From contig JAZDHZ010000007.1 of the NCBI GenBank assembly GCA_043805415.1, forward strand, positions 93,786-157,785: a stretch of 64,000 nucleotides of DNA, in the 5' to 3' direction. Made by a program: the position numbers and the translations under genes. Below the pieces are notes generated by a model. The model had not been told where the DNA came from, ran no database searches, and was given only the letters and a program-made list of their open reading frames with translations. This stretch comes from Candidatus Omnitrophota bacterium (GTDB lineage: Bacteria > Omnitrophota > Gorgyraeia > B26-G9). Positions 62,001-64,000 of the stretch are shown piece by piece (the first letter of the stretch is position 1; the number at the start of each line of letters is the position of its first letter).

Positions 62001-64000
62001 GGAAAAAAGCGTCATTGCCGCGACAAAAGGAGCAAAAGAAGCAGTTGTGGTAAGTGTTTTTCGCCAAGCAGTTAATCCTACTGTTTTTCCAATATCTTTT
62101 AAAGACTGCCGATGACCAATAGCAATCGCATCAGCCATTTTAGTGATCGTAGAATCAACTTGCGATAATCTTTTTACTTGGGAATTAAGCGCCCAGCCAA
62201 TCATTACTGCCCCGATAGTCACCGCCACCAAAACAACCGGGCCTAAACCAAGAAACAAACTAACCGCGCTGCCAATAACCGGCAAACCAACCGCGCTGCC
62301 GACACCGCCGATACTTAGAGCTTTAAATACCACCCCGATTAAAACAGCAAGCGCGATATTTGCCGAGATCGCGACTGAAGCAGGAATTATCTTTACAGCT
62401 AATAATTTCACGCGTTCTGAAAAAGGAATTCGATTAATTTTCGCGGCTTCTGCTTGAGCTTGATTCATCTCTCCATCTGTCGGAGCTTGCTGAGCAAGCT
62501 GAAAAGCAAGCCCAATAACATTTTTACCCAGATCATTTGCTGTATCTTGTTTCGTCTGTTCAAAAGCAGCCGCTGTTATCCGCTTGATTTCCGCGTAAAT
62601 CATCTGCGGCCTTATAAACTGTTTCTGATATCCGGAACGTGAAGATATTTTCTCTAATCTATGTTTTTTCCATTCAGATTCACTTAAAAACCGCATCCAT
62701 TTCTGATCAACAATTTCTAAAGCGCGGTTTTTAAGAATATCTTCTATAATCGCGAACAAAGCTTTTTCCAGATTGTAATCAGCAGCTTCCAAAGCGCTAT
62801 TTATTGTTTGGGCTTCTATATTACTTAATCCAAAGTCATTGTTTAAAATTTCATTTATGATTAATTCATATTGAATTTCCTGTCCAAGATCAACTCTATC
62901 ACTAATCGCCTGAGCGATTTTTTCCTTGATTGATTCAATAACATTTCGCGGGATGCCCAGCGCCGTTAAATCCCCAGTAACTATGTTTCTTCTAAACATT
63001 ACATGCTCTCTGGCAAATCCTTGACCTTTGCCCGCGCCGCTGGCCTCTTGCCACAAGAACTCACCAAAAGATTTTTGTTCTTTCTCCATGTTCTGTTTAC
63101 TATCATTAATACTTTTTCGAATTGCCGAAACAACCTTCTGGCTCTGATTAGCTGACTTAGGATCATTAGTCATGATAAACGTATGCGGCTTACCAACACT
63201 AACCTTGCTGGTTAAATAAGCTAATTTCTCGGAAATAAGCTCTTTATAATTTAAAAAATCTTCCGGCGACCAGAACCCAAAAAAGAAACCTTCTCTGCCA
63301 TCTCGTCCGCTGCGGCCTCTTAACTGAATATCTGTTTCTTCAGAGGCATCGGCACTTAATGACATAACCACCATTTTATCGCCTTTAAAATCAACTCCGC
63401 GTCCGGATATATTAGTGGATACAATAATTACTTTACTATTTTTAGAAAGCTCTTCGACCTTGTCTTTTAACATTTTTGTATCTGAAGTGGCTTCATGATT
63501 TTTAGAAACAAATTCAATAATAACATTGTCCACAGCATTATCCGCGATCAGCGAATCCAAATCATCCAAAGTCACATTTTCAATTTCATTGCCTTTTGCA
63601 TCAGTAATCTTTCCCTCCTGAGTAATCCGCGCGATATTCCGCCGCGCCATGGCCGGTTTAGCCAAAAGTTTATCCGTAAAACTTGCTACCTGATTTTCAT
63701 CATCACAGCGGACAAGTACAGCTCCGGCTTGTTCAGGAAGTCCCCAATCAGACATTTTCCTTGTCGCGCTTTGATCTGTCTTTAGAACAACTATCGCGTC
63801 AATCGCGTTTCCGATTGACTCTTCTTGATCAGAACTCAGAATAATCTGTTCTTTTCTTTTTGAAACCTTATCTAATCCGCTAAGATCTTTAAACTCTAAT
63901 CCATAATTATCAGCTGTCTTCTGTCCAATGGTAGCAGAAGCAGCGCTAATTCCGGAAACAAGCCCCAAATTATCACTCAAAATTACCGGCAAAATCATCG
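38025..64000 (-). CDS. Giant multi-domain membrane protein, 5'-partial (at least 8,657 codons in the window; N-terminus lies beyond the window end)
   Basis: A single open frame from the window edge to TAA (plus 38025-38027). The frame is open at 63998-64000 and the first recognisable domain is only the second half of a SecA-type motor, so the listed Met (MILPV) is not the true start. Domains are listed as separate sub-features. Confidence 0.85.
   Translation of the reverse strand, partial: [8657 protein letters not shown]
40880..42050 (-). other. Giant ORF: hydrophobic block following the GT48-like core
   Basis: [146 protein letters not shown]. The arrangement (TM block / GT core / TM block) mirrors Fks1 topology. 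Confidence 0.55.
42050..43640 (-). other. Giant ORF domain: divergent GT48 (Fks1 / callose synthase, 1,3-beta-glucan synthase)-like cytoplasmic core
   Basis: Collinear motif matches to yeast Fks1 as I recall it. P6795[12 protein letters not shown] vs [35 protein letters not shown] vs [33 protein letters not shown] vs RKFKFLVSM. KGDPKGQ...R7153[28 protein letters not shown] vs [47 protein letters not shown] vs LHYGHPDF. VS-E7255[20 protein letters not shown] vs [23 protein letters not shown]. The Fks1 QCGKGRD motif is not conserved (KLQWRMP). Confidence 0.6.
43895..44535 (-). other. Giant ORF: hydrophobic block preceding the GT48-like core
   Basis: [101 protein letters not shown]. Confidence 0.55.
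46900..53650 (-). other. Giant ORF: ~2,200-aa region of degenerate YD/RHS-like repeat modules
   Basis: A recurrent module: Y.D..GN.LV.M......L.W(Q/E)(E/Q)(L/I/V).D..GR.I..Y.G......F......F.Y ... G..(A/M).(G/S)(E/A)TY(L/I)(Y/F)D. Examples: [113 protein letters not shown]. Confidence 0.5.
54875..56175 (-). other. Giant ORF domain: alpha/alpha-toroid-like (glycoside-hydrolase- or prenyltransferase-repeat-like) domain, paralogous to 16279..~17350
   Basis: [12 protein letters not shown]..., [12 protein letters not shown] (QW-motif-like), [49 protein letters not shown]. It is collinear with the C-terminal domain of the 650-aa PilZ protein. Confidence 0.55.
59199..59663 (-). other. Giant ORF domains: two LysM-like peptidoglycan-binding repeats joined by a TPEAKQL micro-repeat linker
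   Basis: LysM1 (59502-59663): [19 protein letters not shown]...[26 protein letters not shown]. LysM2 (59199-59366): [19 protein letters not shown]...[26 protein letters not shown]. Linker: [29 protein letters not shown]. Confidence 0.7.
59990..60370 (-). other. Giant ORF domain: M23 (LytM-type) metallopeptidase
   Basis: HxxxD motif H-KGF-D (His at aa 1228, nt 60315-60317). '[10 protein letters not shown]' core. HxH motif DHLHFEM (nt ~60003-60023). Confidence 0.8.
61150..62420 (-). other. Giant ORF: first hydrophobic block (roughly a dozen predicted TM segments, not formally computed)
   Basis: aa ~527-950 are dominated by long G/A/V/L/I runs, e.g. [78 protein letters not shown]. Confidence 0.6.
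63204..63998 (-). other. Giant ORF domain: divergent SecA-type motor, NBD2/helicase-C-like half
   Basis: aa 195-204 [10 protein letters not shown] vs the SecA motif [10 protein letters not shown]. aa 225-237 [13 protein letters not shown] vs SecA [13 protein letters not shown]. The following [10 protein letters not shown] matches SecA SRFYLSLED. Confidence 0.7.

Noticed and set aside
63996-63998. The Met codon (MILPV...) given as the start of the giant ORF
   Set aside because: The frame is still open at the window edge, and the SecA-like motor is represented only by its second half. The true start must lie upstream of position 64000.
38025-64000. The giant ORF as an assembly artefact of collapsed or concatenated repeats
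   Set aside because: The protein-level repeats are highly diverged at nucleotide level. The domains are heterogeneous and collinear with known families (SecA, M23, LysM, GT48-like). I saw no long exact nucleotide duplications. This still needs read-level confirmation.

Overview
AT-rich, gene-dense 64-kb window in which every credible gene lies on the minus strand. I found no rRNA, tRNA or CRISPR array. Read in transcription order (high to low coordinates) it contains four blocks. (1) 38025..64000: one uninterrupted ORF of at least 8,657 codons, still open at the window edge. It carries SecA-type motor motifs, a hydrophobic block, an M23 peptidase with two LysM domains, an alpha/alpha-toroid-like domain, about 2,200 aa of degenerate YD/RHS-like repeats, and a membrane-embedded module resembling eukaryotic GT48 (Fks1/callose synthase) beta-1,3-glucan synthases. 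A small PilZ gene and an intrinsic terminator follow it. (2) An AbiEi/AbiEii toxin-antitoxin cassette, with the antitoxin frameshifted in an A10 tract, sits next to a decayed PilZ 3' remnant. (3) Two very large proteins (1191 and 1422 aa) share an unusual N-terminal leader. (4) A sugar/envelope operon encodes a GPH symporter, two GH72(Gas1)-like clan GH-A enzymes, two CBM-like secreted proteins, a TPR/PKD-like protein, a PilZ-coiled-coil-toroid protein paralogous to a segment of the giant ORF, a putative outer-membrane barrel, a pseudopilin and another PilZ. After that operon comes a glycan-export operon: WecA-like GT4, an FAD enzyme, Wzm/Wzt-like ABC exporter whose ATPase carries five ~220-aa repeat modules, and four tandem radical-SAM/SPASM paralogs. 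Intergenic and intercistronic spacers contain a dispersed family of 7-bp-periodic CTANTAG-type arrays. The giant SecA-like multi-TM ORF next to pseudopilin and sugar-import genes fits what has been reported for Candidatus Omnitrophota, but that assignment is inference only. The most novel hypothesis is a possibly c-di-GMP (PilZ)-linked beta-glucan synthesis/remodelling toolkit (GT48-like plus GH72-like) wired into a giant envelope protein. All domain calls come from motifs read by eye and need HMM or structure confirmation.
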